The notes below the pieces were generated by a model. That model searched no databases. It saw nothing but the letters and a program-made list of their open reading frames with translations, and was not told the DNA's origin. A stretch of DNA of 64,000 nt from Candidatus Binatia bacterium (GTDB taxonomy: Bacteria > Desulfobacterota > Binatia > HRBIN30): the NCBI GenBank assembly GCA_038245295.1, contig JBBRSP010000001.1, forward strand, positions 256,001 through 320,000, in the 5' to 3' direction. The translations under genes were made by a program, and so were the position numbers. Positions 43,185 through 52,719 of this stretch are shown here, piece by piece. Numbering within the stretch: position 1 is the first letter of the stretch; each line of letters opens with the position of its first letter.

Positions 43185-44018
43185 TCACCCTTCACTCTTC
43201 GATCGTGTCCAGTCCGCAATCGCCGCGTAGGCAGCCGCCTCGTCCGTCCGCCCGCGGCGCTGCGCTCCTTGCTCGAGGATAGCGCACTTGTGGCGCAGAA
43301 CATCGATCGTTGCCTGTCGTTGCGTGGTGGAGAGGTCACCGGCCAGCAGCCGCGCCAGGGCAGCGATACGAAAGCGGTCCATGCCCCAGAGCTGCCGTGA
43401 CAATTGATCGGCGTGGCCGCCGCGTTTGATGACCAGCGGCTGATCGACGAGACCGAAGGCCTCGGTGCGGGCCAGGCGCAGCCACAGGTCGTAGTCTTCG
43501 CAGACACTCAGGCCATGGTCGAAGCCGCCTGCGGAAACGAAGAGATCACGCCGCATCACGACGGTCGAGGGACCGACGACCGTGCCGCGCAGGCAGGCCA
43601 TGAACGCATCGCCGTCCGGCTTGCGGTGGTGCTTTGACTGGTTGATGCGAACGCCATCGCGCTCCCAGATCTCGTTGGTGTGACAGATCCGCGTTCCCGG
43701 GTGATGCCGGATATAGTCGGCCTGCGCCCGCAACTTACGAGGCAGCCATAGGTCATCCGAATCCAGGAATGCGATCCAATCGCTGTCGCTCGCCGCCACG
43801 CCGGCGTTGCGTGCCGCGGCAACACCTTGGTTCTCCGTGCGTACGACGCGGATGGCTGAGCCGAAGCGGGTCTCGAGCGCGGCGGCGGTGTCGTCGGTCG
43901 ACCCATCATCGACGACGACGATTCCGGCGATCGGGAACGACTGTTCCAAAACCGACGCGACTGCCTCGAGCACCATGGCCTGGCGATTGTGGGTTGGGAT
44001 TATGACGCTAATGTTCAC
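43185..44018 (-). CDS. GT2 glycosyltransferase (soluble)
   Basis: ISVIIPTHNR, VDDGSTD, GVAAARNAG, FLDSDDLW, EDYDLWLR; GTG start. Confidence 0.9.
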   Translation of the reverse strand: MNISVIIPTHNRQAMVLEAVASVLEQSFPIAGIVVVDDGSTDDTAAALETRFGSAIRVVRTENQGVAAARNAGVAASDSDWIAFLDSDDLWLPRKLRAQADYIRHHPGTRICHTNEIWERDGVRINQSKHHRKPDGDAFMACLRGTVVGPSTVVMRRDLFVSAGGFDHGLSVCEDYDLWLRLARTEAFGLVDQPLVIKRGGHADQLSRQLWGMDRFRIAALARLLAGDLSTTQRQATIDVLRHKCAILEQGAQRRGRTDEAAAYAAIADWTRSKSEG

Positions 44019-44231
44019 TTCCCTCTTGTATCGCCATCGTGTCGCTACACCAACCTTGCTGACCGTAACGACGGCAATGCTCGATGTATGGGCGCGGTGG
44101 ATGCGAATCGATTGGGCCCGATCCTCGACATAAGGGCGCTGCTTCGAGGCGGCGTGAGGATTGCATGATGTAGTGGTGGCGTTGGAAGGTAACCGATCGA
44201 GGTCGCCGTCTAACGCGGGAGGGTGAGATCG

Positions 44232-45479
44232 ATGCAGGGTCTGGTTCTGACGGCGGGTGGCGCCCGTGGGGCGTATCAAGCGGGTGTTCTGAAGCGGATC
44301 GGCGAGTTGCCGCAGTTCCGGCGCGGTGCGTCGCCCTTTCGAATTGTTGCGGGAGCGTCCGCCGGCGCCATCAACGGTGCGACCGTCGCCGGGATGAGCG
44401 GTAATTTCTATGAGTCGACCCGCCTGCTTGCCGAGCTGTGGTCGAACCTGCAAGTCACCGACGTGTTTCACTCGGATGCGCTTTCCCTATCCCTGAGCGG
44501 GCTACGCCTGCTGCGCGACATGGCGTTCGGCGGGATGCTTGGCAATGCCGGTGTGCTGTCGCTGCTCGATGCGTCGCCGCTGCGGGCGTTCTTGTCGGAC
44601 AAGGTGCCGATCGCCGGCATCAATGAGTCGATCCGCCGCGGGCAGCTTTATGCGCTGGCGATCACAGCCACCAGCTACCACTCCGGCAAGTCGTTCACCT
44701 TCGTTCAGGGGCAGGCGGGTCACCCGCTATGGCGCAAGGCGCGTCGTGTCACCTTGCCCGTGCGCATGACCCTCGACCACGTCCTGGCCTCCGCCGCCAT
44801 TCCGCTGGTGTTCCAACCGGTGCGTTTGAAGACGGCGGCGGGTGAGTTCTGGTTCGGTGATGGCGGCTTGCGCCTCGTCACGCCGCTCAGCCCGGCGATC
44901 CGACTCGGCGCTTCGAAGATCTTTGCCGTCGGCATTCGCTGCCAGCGCTCGGCCGATGATTTGTCGGTGACCGAGCTGCACGGTGTCGGCGAAGGCAAGC
45001 CAGTAATGCCGCAACCGCCGTTGGCGCAGATCTGCGGCGTCTTCATGAACGCCATCTTCCTCGACCATCTCGATGCCGATCTCGATCACCTCAAGCGCAT
45101 GAACGAACTGATCCGCGCCAACCATTCCACCGCGGTGAACGACAGCACGACGGCGCCGAGTGAGCCGATGCGTACGGTCGAGACCATGGTGGTCAATCCG
45201 TCCGAGGACCTCGCCATCGTCGCCAGTCACCTATCGCATCGCATGCCGCGCCTGGTGCGTTACCTCTTGGATGGCCTCGGTACACCCGACGCGCAGAGTG
45301 CCGACCTGATGAGTTATCTCCTGTTCGATTCGGCCTACACGCGTTCGCTGCTCGACTGCGGATATCGTGACGCCGGGGGGCGCATTGATGAGATCGAAGC
45401 GTTCCTGACTACAACAGCACCAACACGTCGCCGATCATTGCGCGCGGTGCGGTCGTTGCGCTCCGCGGCTTCGGCGTAA
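44232..45479 (+). CDS. patatin-like phospholipase
   Basis: GGARGAYQAG, GASAG nucleophile motif, DGG motif. Confidence 0.9.
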   Translation: MQGLVLTAGGARGAYQAGVLKRIGELPQFRRGASPFRIVAGASAGAINGATVAGMSGNFYESTRLLAELWSNLQVTDVFHSDALSLSLSGLRLLRDMAFGGMLGNAGVLSLLDASPLRAFLSDKVPIAGINESIRRGQLYALAITATSYHSGKSFTFVQGQAGHPLWRKARRVTLPVRMTLDHVLASAAIPLVFQPVRLKTAAGEFWFGDGGLRLVTPLSPAIRLGASKIFAVGIRCQRSADDLSVTELHGVGEGKPVMPQPPLAQICGVFMNAIFLDHLDADLDHLKRMNELIRANHSTAVNDSTTAPSEPMRTVETMVVNPSEDLAIVASHLSHRMPRLVRYLLDGLGTPDAQSADLMSYLLFDSAYTRSLLDCGYRDAGGRIDEIEAFLTTTAPTRRRSLRAVRSLRSAASA

Positions 45480-45516
45480 TGAGCCAATGCCGGCGCCAGT
45501 GGAATGTCGGCAAACC

Positions 45517-46095
45517 TCAACCGGCGTCTGTGGTAGGTCCGGCAGGAAGGATCTCGCTCACGCGGATCGAATAGCTGAGAACCGACGAGGCGAGCGACTC
45601 CGCCGCCGTGTAGGTTGTGATCTGCCGGTAGGTTCCGCGCTCCGGCCGAGGGAATACCTCAACCTCACCCCGGCGCAGGTTCACAATCCAGTACTCGCCG
45701 ATGCCGCGCGCGGCATAGAGGCGTGCTTTTGTTAGTCGATCCTGTGGCAACGATGAATCGGCAACCTCGATGACGAGGCGCGCCGTGGTTGGGTGCTGGG
45801 CGACGTAGTCGCTCGGCGTACGGTCGACGACCGCGAGGTCCGGCTCAGGAACCTGCTTGTCGTTCAAGACAAGGTCCATCTGACAACGCACATGCATTGT
45901 CGTCGGTAACCGCTGCTCGGGAAGGTGCTGAAGAATCGAAATGACGGCGGCATGGCGTGGCGACTGCGGTGACATGCTCACCACGACGCCGTTGAGCAAT
46001 TCAACCCGATCGTCTTCGCTGAGCAACCCGCGCTCGAGCAAGCCGAAGTACGCTTCCACCGTGTACAGCGGTTCCGTTTGGCTGTTGCGGCGCAT
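45517..46095 (-). CDS. Uma2-family (PD-(D/E)xK) endonuclease-like protein
   Basis: RVELLNG, PEPDLAV, LVIEVADSS, YAARGIGEYWIVNL. Confidence 0.88.
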   Translation of the reverse strand: MRRNSQTEPLYTVEAYFGLLERGLLSEDDRVELLNGVVVSMSPQSPRHAAVISILQHLPEQRLPTTMHVRCQMDLVLNDKQVPEPDLAVVDRTPSDYVAQHPTTARLVIEVADSSLPQDRLTKARLYAARGIGEYWIVNLRRGEVEVFPRPERGTYRQITTYTAAESLASSVLSYSIRVSEILPAGPTTDAG

Positions 46096-46305
46096 GGGTG
46101 AGTGCATACCATCTCGTCCCATCAATCCAACCGTAGGCAAGGCAAATGGCGTACCAGCCGAACTTGGTGCCCCAGTGCGGACGCGTGTGGCTCGCCCTGG
46201 AGGGTTCGGTACTCAGTGTGAGTCCATCGATTTTGTCGCGGCGATCGCTCCAGTGTCGACAGGGGCTAGTCGCTTCTGCGTCGATGGACTACATCTCGGC
46301 ATTCC

Positions 46306-46983
46306 ATGCGCGCGCTGATTGCCTTTGATCTCGATGGAGTTTTGTATTCGGCCGAGGCGTTTCTCGGCGAGGCGTATCGCGATGCCATCGCCAACGTGAA
46401 CGAGCGGCGCCCCGGATCTTTCCCGCGTGTGCCGACGACGCGCGAGATCCTCGATCACGTCGGTTGGCCGGTGCCGGTCATTTTGCAGCGCCTGTTCCCG
46501 GCGATTGAGCCGGCCGCCGTCGAGTTGCTCTATGACGAGACGCTGCGAGTCATCGCCGCATATGTGCGCCAGAAGCGCGGCGAGCTGTTTCCCGACGTGG
46601 TCGCGACGTTGCAGCGCCTGCGCGCCGGGGGCTTCACTTTGGTGGTTGCCTCAAACGGCCGACGCCCGTACATCGAAGCGGTGTTGGAGACGTACGATCT
46701 GGTGCCACTGTTCGATCGGCTGATCACCGTCGACCGTGGCCGCCTTGATGACAAGGCGTCGGTGCTGCGGGCCTACCTGGCGCACCACGCTATCGCCGCA
46801 GCCCAGATGACCATGGTGGGTGATCGCACCAGCGATGTGGAGGCGGCGCAGGCGGTGGGCGCGCCGTTCATTGGTTGCGACTACGGCCATGGCTACCGTG
46901 ACGAGCTCGAAGGCGCCGGGCCCATCGTCGCGTCGTTTGCCGCTGTGGCCGACGTCGTCGAATCGCAAAGGGTGACGCCATGA
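46306..46983 (+). CDS. HAD-superfamily hydrolase
   Basis: FDLDGVL, ASNG, MVGDRTSD. Confidence 0.88.
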   Translation: MRALIAFDLDGVLYSAEAFLGEAYRDAIANVNERRPGSFPRVPTTREILDHVGWPVPVILQRLFPAIEPAAVELLYDETLRVIAAYVRQKRGELFPDVVATLQRLRAGGFTLVVASNGRRPYIEAVLETYDLVPLFDRLITVDRGRLDDKASVLRAYLAHHAIAAAQMTMVGDRTSDVEAAQAVGAPFIGCDYGHGYRDELEGAGPIVASFAAVADVVESQRVTP

Positions 46984-47171
46984 GCTTCTGGTCGGATTGG
47001 TTTGCGCGCGCCAAGTTGGAGCCTCCGCAGCGCGCCGCCGAGAACGTGACCCCACAGGCGAATGAGCCGGACGTGTTCGAATGCCGTGACTGTGGCAAAG
47101 TGTTCGAATCGCCCCGCTTGCCGGTGGCCTGTCCGGAATGCGACAGCACCAACGTCGAACGAATGACCTGA
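46980..47171 (+). CDS. small zinc-ribbon/rubredoxin-like protein
   Basis: CRDC..CPEC; ATGA overlap with the HAD gene. Confidence 0.7.
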   Translation: MSFWSDWFARAKLEPPQRAAENVTPQANEPDVFECRDCGKVFESPRLPVACPECDSTNVERMT

Positions 47172-47185
47172 CCAGAGGAGAAGCC

Positions 47186-48412
47186 ATGGCCATCGATTTC
47201 AGTTTTCCGCCCGAGATCAACGAGATCCGCGACAAGGTGCGGCAGTTCATCGCCGAAATCGTGCGGCCGCGCGAGGCGCTCATTGCCGAACGCCCGAAGG
47301 ATCGTGGCTTCATGATCTCGCAGATCATCGAGATGCGACAGGCCGCAAAAGACTGGGGTTTATGGCTGCCGCATATGGGGAAAGAATACGGCGGCATGGG
47401 CCTTGGGCACGTCGCCATGGCGAGTGTTTCCGCCGAGGCGGCGAAGTCGGGTTTTGGTCCGTTCGCTCTCAACGCCCAGGCTCCCGACGAAGGCAATATG
47501 CACACCCTGCATCATTGGGCGACACCGGAGCAGAAGCAGAAGTACCTCAAGCCGCTGTGTGATGGGTATGCGCGATCGTGTTTCGCCATGACCGAGCCCG
47601 ACGTGGCCGGCTCCGATCCGACGCTGATCCAGACGCGCGCCGTCCTCGACGGCGACGACTGGGTGATCAATGGCCACAAATGGTTCATCTCCGGCGCCCA
47701 CGGCGCCCAGTTCGCCATCCTCATCGCCCGCACCGAAGATAATCCGGAAATTCCCCAGGCCGCCAACTCGGCGTTCATCATTGATCTGCCCTCCGAGGGT
47801 TGGAGTGTCGTGCGCGACGTCGAGACCATGAGCGGCAGCCACAACCACTGCGAGATTCGGATTGAGAATCTGCGCGTGCCGCTCTCGGCGATGTTGGGTG
47901 GCAGAGGGCAGGGGCATCTGCTCGGGCAGGCGCGGCTCGGGCCGGCACGTCTAGCGCACTGCATGCGTTGGATCGGCCAGGCCGAGGTGGCGCTCGATAT
48001 GATGGTCGACCGTGCTACCAAACGTTTCGCGCACGGCTCCTACCTTTCGGAGAAGCAGGGCATCCAGTGGATGATCGCCGATTCGACTATGGAGCTTTAC
48101 CAGTGCAAGCTCATGGTGTTGCATGCCGCCTACAAGGTCGATCGGGGCGAGGACTTCCGCAGCGAGGTGTCGATGGCCAAACACTTCGTCGCCAACTCGC
48201 TCAACCGCATCGTTGATCGCGCCATCCAGGTGCACGGCGCGCTCGGCTACTCGAAGGACACGCCTCTTGCCAGCATGGCGCAACACGCCCGCTGGGCTCG
48301 TTTTGCCGACGGCGCCGATGAGGTGCATCAGTGGCGCATCGCCCAGCGCGCCATCGATGCCCACAAGAAGGACGGCACGACCCGCGCGGCGACCGGAAAC
48401 CTACCACTCTGA
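47186..48412 (+). CDS. acyl-CoA dehydrogenase (ACAD10/11-like)
   Basis: APDEGNM, FAMTEPDVAGSD, NGHKWFISGA, QVHGALG, FADGADEVH; GAGGAG SD. Confidence 0.92.
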   Translation: MAIDFSFPPEINEIRDKVRQFIAEIVRPREALIAERPKDRGFMISQIIEMRQAAKDWGLWLPHMGKEYGGMGLGHVAMASVSAEAAKSGFGPFALNAQAPDEGNMHTLHHWATPEQKQKYLKPLCDGYARSCFAMTEPDVAGSDPTLIQTRAVLDGDDWVINGHKWFISGAHGAQFAILIARTEDNPEIPQAANSAFIIDLPSEGWSVVRDVETMSGSHNHCEIRIENLRVPLSAMLGGRGQGHLLGQARLGPARLAHCMRWIGQAEVALDMMVDRATKRFAHGSYLSEKQGIQWMIADSTMELYQCKLMVLHAAYKVDRGEDFRSEVSMAKHFVANSLNRIVDRAIQVHGALGYSKDTPLASMAQHARWARFADGADEVHQWRIAQRAIDAHKKDGTTRAATGNLPL

Positions 48413-48496
48413 TCGTCATTGAAGAGCCAAGAGTGAAATGACGGCGTGTGCAAAGGCCGCCTCTTTCCAACCTTGCCTCGGCCGGGATGAGAGTCG

Positions 48497-50524
48497 TTAA
48501 GGGCACATGGTGTGCGTGAACATCGGAACGGGCACCGGCGCCAGGGCCCAATTCGGCCGGAAGATGTCGGGTAGGCTGCTTGGCCAACAAAAGAAGCCGG
48601 CGGTGTTTGCCGTGTACTCGGTCGGTGTCCAATTGAGGCCAATCTGAGGCGTTTGCAGCCCGTAGGTGTCGATCTGGGGCATGGGGCCCTGTGCGAAACC
48701 TACCGGGGAGATCTCTCCTACGACATCGGCAATCGCCGAGTCGGAACTGAAGGTGCCGTTTGTGCTGCCGCCCTCGCCGACCGACACGAGGGCCGTCATG
48801 TTGGTACCGCGGATACCCGAGACGTTGACGTAGCCGTTGTGCTGGCAGTGGGGTGAGAGGGTGACGACGACGTTGCCGTAGGCACCCTCGATGTCGGTTC
48901 CGGTGAGATTGTCGACGCGCGCGTAGGTACCGAAGCCGACACCTTGCTCGTCGGTCGGAGGCACAACCATGTTGTTGCGGATACATCCGCCGTCGCACTG
49001 GTCATGACCGCAGAGTGGCGCGGCGTGGTCCGTCTCCATGCGCAAAGCAACCCCGCCGTGACTGAACACATGGGAGACGGTGCATCCGAGGCACGACTGC
49101 ACCTGGATTGGTCCCCAGCCCGACGGCGACAGCACGTTGTAGACCCACTCCATTTTAAATCCTTGCGGCATCCTTGGGGCGGCGAACGTCGAGCCGGCGA
49201 TGGCTCGCGGCTTCACTACTGGGTTGCGGGCGTAGTAGATCGTCGGTCCGGTCGGATCGCCGGTGAGCGGATCGAGAACCCGCTCGGGGTTTTGGATCGA
49301 GAAGAAGCGCGACAGTTCGACGCTGTTCGACCAGCCGACGAGCGCGGCAAAGGAGTTCGACGGGATGTTGCGAAAGCGGGCGTCGAGATCGACGACGAAC
49401 ATGGTCTCAATCGGCCAACGCGGATTGTGTGGCAGCGAGTCGATGTTCGACATGCCGTTGGCTTCCGAGTTGCCGCGCTCGGCGGTCGAGTGCAACTTGT
49501 TCTCTCGGGTTGGACTGCCGGGCCCCCCACAGCCGTCGCCGGCAGTGATCGTGATGTTCGATACCTCAGTGGTCGCGCCGATTATGAAGAGTGGATTCTC
49601 GCCTTTGGCGCCGGTGCTCGGACTCAGCGGCGCAGTGAGGGTGGCTGCGGGGGAGACCTCGATGCGAACGTTCGACGGTACGACAACCGCCGCAAAGCGG
49701 TGAAGGCCGGGCCCGATGAAGACGCGACCCTGCGGCGCAATGTCGACGGCAGGATTCGCCGCCGCCGCTGCCAGTAGCGCGGTGAGTTCAGCGCTCTGAT
49801 CCGTGTCTGGATCTTGCACTGCCAGCAAAGCGTAGGGCGGGTTCGTGCACGTCGAGAGGCAATTCCGCGGGGGATCGCTGTTGCGGGTGGCGCGGAAGAT
49901 ATCGATCTGGTCGTTACGCAGCGTGATCGCTGGATCTCCGTAGGCGTGCGCCAGGGCATCGGCGCACCAAGCGGTCTCCCCGAGTTGGAATTGCAGAGCG
50001 ATCCGTACCTGCGTCGTCTCGTCGAGAGTGTAGGCCCAACCGGCGCCGCCGGCCTTGACGGTCAGGCGGTCCTTCTTGAGGACGACCTTGGCGATCGGAG
50101 CATCCGGGGCGACGTCGATGAACTCGAAGCCGCTCGGTCGGGCCGTCGTGCCGAGAGCCTTCCAGCCGGAGGGCGGCAAGACGACCTCGACGCGTTCGCC
50201 GCTGCCGGCCGTGTTGGCCACCACCACGGTACCACCGTTCAACGTTGGATCGTCGCCGCTGCCCCGCACCGGTGGAACGATGCGATTCTCCGAAGCGCTG
50301 CGACCGGTACGTGCACTGAAGCGCAGCGTCCTATGCTTGAGATCGATCGGTGACGTATGGTCGTCGTGCAGAGTCAGTCGACTGGTCTTGATGCGCACGG
50401 AGTTGATGACGCTACCGGCGTCGGCCCGGGTGGGGAGCGTCGCCGATCCGAGTCCCGACAGGAGGCAAACGATACCTACCATGGGCGCCCATGGACCCCG
50501 AACCTTCATTTGCTGAAAACGCAT
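48497..50524 (-). CDS. hypothetical secreted protein, possibly with a pectin-lyase-like beta-helix C-terminal region
   Basis: signal-like N-terminus; Cys/Gly/Asn-rich beta-strand repeats (e.g. GCTVSHVFSHGGVALRME). Confidence 0.65.
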   Translation of the reverse strand: MRFQQMKVRGPWAPMVGIVCLLSGLGSATLPTRADAGSVINSVRIKTSRLTLHDDHTSPIDLKHRTLRFSARTGRSASENRIVPPVRGSGDDPTLNGGTVVVANTAGSGERVEVVLPPSGWKALGTTARPSGFEFIDVAPDAPIAKVVLKKDRLTVKAGGAGWAYTLDETTQVRIALQFQLGETAWCADALAHAYGDPAITLRNDQIDIFRATRNSDPPRNCLSTCTNPPYALLAVQDPDTDQSAELTALLAAAAANPAVDIAPQGRVFIGPGLHRFAAVVVPSNVRIEVSPAATLTAPLSPSTGAKGENPLFIIGATTEVSNITITAGDGCGGPGSPTRENKLHSTAERGNSEANGMSNIDSLPHNPRWPIETMFVVDLDARFRNIPSNSFAALVGWSNSVELSRFFSIQNPERVLDPLTGDPTGPTIYYARNPVVKPRAIAGSTFAAPRMPQGFKMEWVYNVLSPSGWGPIQVQSCLGCTVSHVFSHGGVALRMETDHAAPLCGHDQCDGGCIRNNMVVPPTDEQGVGFGTYARVDNLTGTDIEGAYGNVVVTLSPHCQHNGYVNVSGIRGTNMTALVSVGEGGSTNGTFSSDSAIADVVGEISPVGFAQGPMPQIDTYGLQTPQIGLNWTPTEYTANTAGFFCWPSSLPDIFRPNWALAPVPVPMFTHTMCP

Positions 50525-50708
50525 GCGAGTCCCCGATCCACTGCTCGGCTACCGGTGCTCGGCGCCGCGCGTAAAACCGCCATTTGGGAGCGGAGTCTGC
50601 GGCGACTGTATGACCTTTGTCCAGTGCGCACTTCGCGTTCACCCCTGTGTCGCCGGCTCTTCCTCACGTGCGCGCTTCGGTCCGCGTGAATAGTTTCCTT
50701 CCTCGGAG

Positions 50709-50978
50709 TCAGGAGGCCCGCCGGGTGCTCCGCTTGGACCACGTCTCGGCCCAACTGGTGAGCGGCGCCAGGGCCGCCAGCAGGCTCTCGCCGGTGGGCG
50801 TAAGCAGGTAGCCGCCCTCGTCGCGCAGCATGACGAGGTTGCGTTCGCGCAACTCTGCCAAGCGTTGATTGAGCACGCTGGGCGACATGTCGGCACATCG
50901 TGCGCGCAGGGCGGCGAAGGTGAACGGGCCGTCACGTAGCTCCCAGAGGATGCGCAAGGTCCACCGCCTTGGACTCAC
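50709..50978 (-). pseudogene. HxlR-family winged-HTH regulator, apparently 5'-truncated
   Basis: RRWTLRILWEL..SPSVLNQRLAELRE..YLLTPTG; the usual N-terminal helix is absent; only 15 nt to the divergent gene. Confidence 0.55.
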
Positions 50979-50993
50979 AAAAGGAGAGATCTC

Positions 50994-51563
50994 ATGACCA
51001 CGCCCACGGACGTCGTTCCGCGTATCGTCCCATTGGCTCCGCGACATCCACCGGAAGTCGCTGCCGAGCTCGAGCGCTGGATGCCACCCAGCTCGTCGAT
51101 GGAACCTCTGACGCTGTCTCGTTTGTTGTGCCGCAACCTGCCGCTGGCGCAGGCGATGCTTCCCCTCGGCGCCTTCCAGTTGTCCAAGCGCTCAGGGCTG
51201 CCGCGTCGCGTGCGCGAGTTGGTGATCAACCGCACCTGCGCCCGCCTCGGTGCGGAGTATGAATGGGGCGTCCACGCCGTCGCGTTCGGCGCGGCGGTTG
51301 GACTGAGCGAAGCCGACCTCGTCGCGACGACAACCCCTGGGATGGCTCACTGGCAGGGTAGCGACGCCCTGGTGATCCGCATGGTCGACGAGCTGATCGT
51401 CTCACACACCATGGCAGCGGCGACCTGGGCCGAGTTGAGCGCCCTGTTCGACACAACCCAGTTACTCGAGCTGGTGGTGTTATGCGGCTGGTACCACCTG
51501 ATCAGTTTCGTCATCAACGCGACCGCCCTGCCGCCGGAGCCGTGGGCGAGTCGATTTCCCTGA
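50994..51563 (+). CDS. carboxymuconolactone decarboxylase/AhpD-family protein
   Basis: RELVINRTCARLGAEYEWGVH; AAGGAG SD. Confidence 0.85.
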   Translation: MTTPTDVVPRIVPLAPRHPPEVAAELERWMPPSSSMEPLTLSRLLCRNLPLAQAMLPLGAFQLSKRSGLPRRVRELVINRTCARLGAEYEWGVHAVAFGAAVGLSEADLVATTTPGMAHWQGSDALVIRMVDELIVSHTMAAATWAELSALFDTTQLLELVVLCGWYHLISFVINATALPPEPWASRFP

Positions 51564-51637
51564 GATTAAGCGGCGCCCGTGTCGAGACGGGTCTGCCCTG
51601 GGTGGCAAGCCGCCGCATCGACGCTAGAGCTAAGCGG

Positions 51638-52249
51638 GTGAATCCGGATGAATGGCAACGGGCGCTCCTCGATCCCTCGGCACCGATTCCCGCATCGTGG
51701 CCAGCGGGAGCGTGGGGCGTGCTGCTGCTTTTCCTCATTCCGGTCGGCGGTGGCATTCCGGCGGGTGTGCTCATGGCACACGCTCGGGGCATCGGCTGGC
51801 CGGTCATGATGGGCCTATACTTTGTGTCGGATGTTGTGCTGGCCTGCATCTTCGAGCCTCTGTTGCTTGGTCTCATCGCGCTCGCGCGGGTCGCGCCGTT
51901 TTTGGGACGGATGGCTGACGCCGTGCGTGCATCGGTGCGGCGAACAGCCGCGCTCTATGGCACAGCCGGCGGGCCACTCGCCCTTGTATTGGTGAGCTTC
52001 GGAGTCGACCCGATGACGGGGCGTGCTGCGGCGGCTGCCGCAGGCCACGGTTTCCTTCCAGGGTGGGCCATCGCCATTACCGGCGACATGTTTTACTTCG
52101 CCCTACTGATGATCTCGACGCTATGGCTGAGCGACACACTCGGCAGCGACCGGCTGACGATCGGTGTGATGCTGTTTGTGATGCTCGTCTTGCCGGCGAT
52201 CCTGCGTCGATGGCGCTCCAGCGGAGCGCATGAGGCCGGTGGGCGATGA
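51638..52249 (+). CDS. hypothetical multi-TM protein
   Basis: hydrophobic helices with IPVGGGIPAG and FGVDPMTG patches; start uncertain. Confidence 0.7.
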   Translation: MNPDEWQRALLDPSAPIPASWPAGAWGVLLLFLIPVGGGIPAGVLMAHARGIGWPVMMGLYFVSDVVLACIFEPLLLGLIALARVAPFLGRMADAVRASVRRTAALYGTAGGPLALVLVSFGVDPMTGRAAAAAAGHGFLPGWAIAITGDMFYFALLMISTLWLSDTLGSDRLTIGVMLFVMLVLPAILRRWRSSGAHEAGGR

Positions 52250-52306
52250 GGGTGGGTGGGCATCGCGGAGCGACGCGCTCCAATGTTCTGTGATAGGCAG
52301 CGCCGC

Positions 52307-52672
52307 ATGATCCATCTGATCTTTTGCCTGCGGCGGCTACCGGCACTGACCCGCGAGCAGTTCCAAACCTACTGGCGCGATCAGCACGCGCCCCTGGTCC
52401 AAACGCACGCTTCGACTCTCGGGATCCGACGCTACGTTCAGGCGCACACCCTCGACCCGACGGCTTCGCGGGCCCTTGCCGAGTCGCGAGCGGCCCCTGT
52501 CGAATTCGACGGGGTCGCCGAGATCTGGCTCGATGAGGACTATTTGGCGGGCGACGCCGCAACCGCAGAGATGATCGCTGCGGGTCGAGCTTTGCTCGAC
52601 GACGAGCGCAAATTCATCGACCTGGCGAACTCACCGATCTTCCTCACCCGCGATCACGTCATCATCGGCTAG
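52307..52672 (+). CDS. EthD-family protein
   Basis: LTREQFQTYWRDQHAPLV, FDGVAEIW, DERKFIDL. Confidence 0.88.
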   Translation: MIHLIFCLRRLPALTREQFQTYWRDQHAPLVQTHASTLGIRRYVQAHTLDPTASRALAESRAAPVEFDGVAEIWLDEDYLAGDAATAEMIAAGRALLDDERKFIDLANSPIFLTRDHVIIG

Positions 52673-52719
52673 TCTTGCGGGCGTCTGGAGCTTGCTCCGG
52701 CCTCCGCCGTCGAGCGACG

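Noticed and set aside
45517..46095. Uma2 nuclease as a defence or mobile system
   Set aside because: Solitary member of a common multicopy family, with no methylase, integrase or flanking repeats
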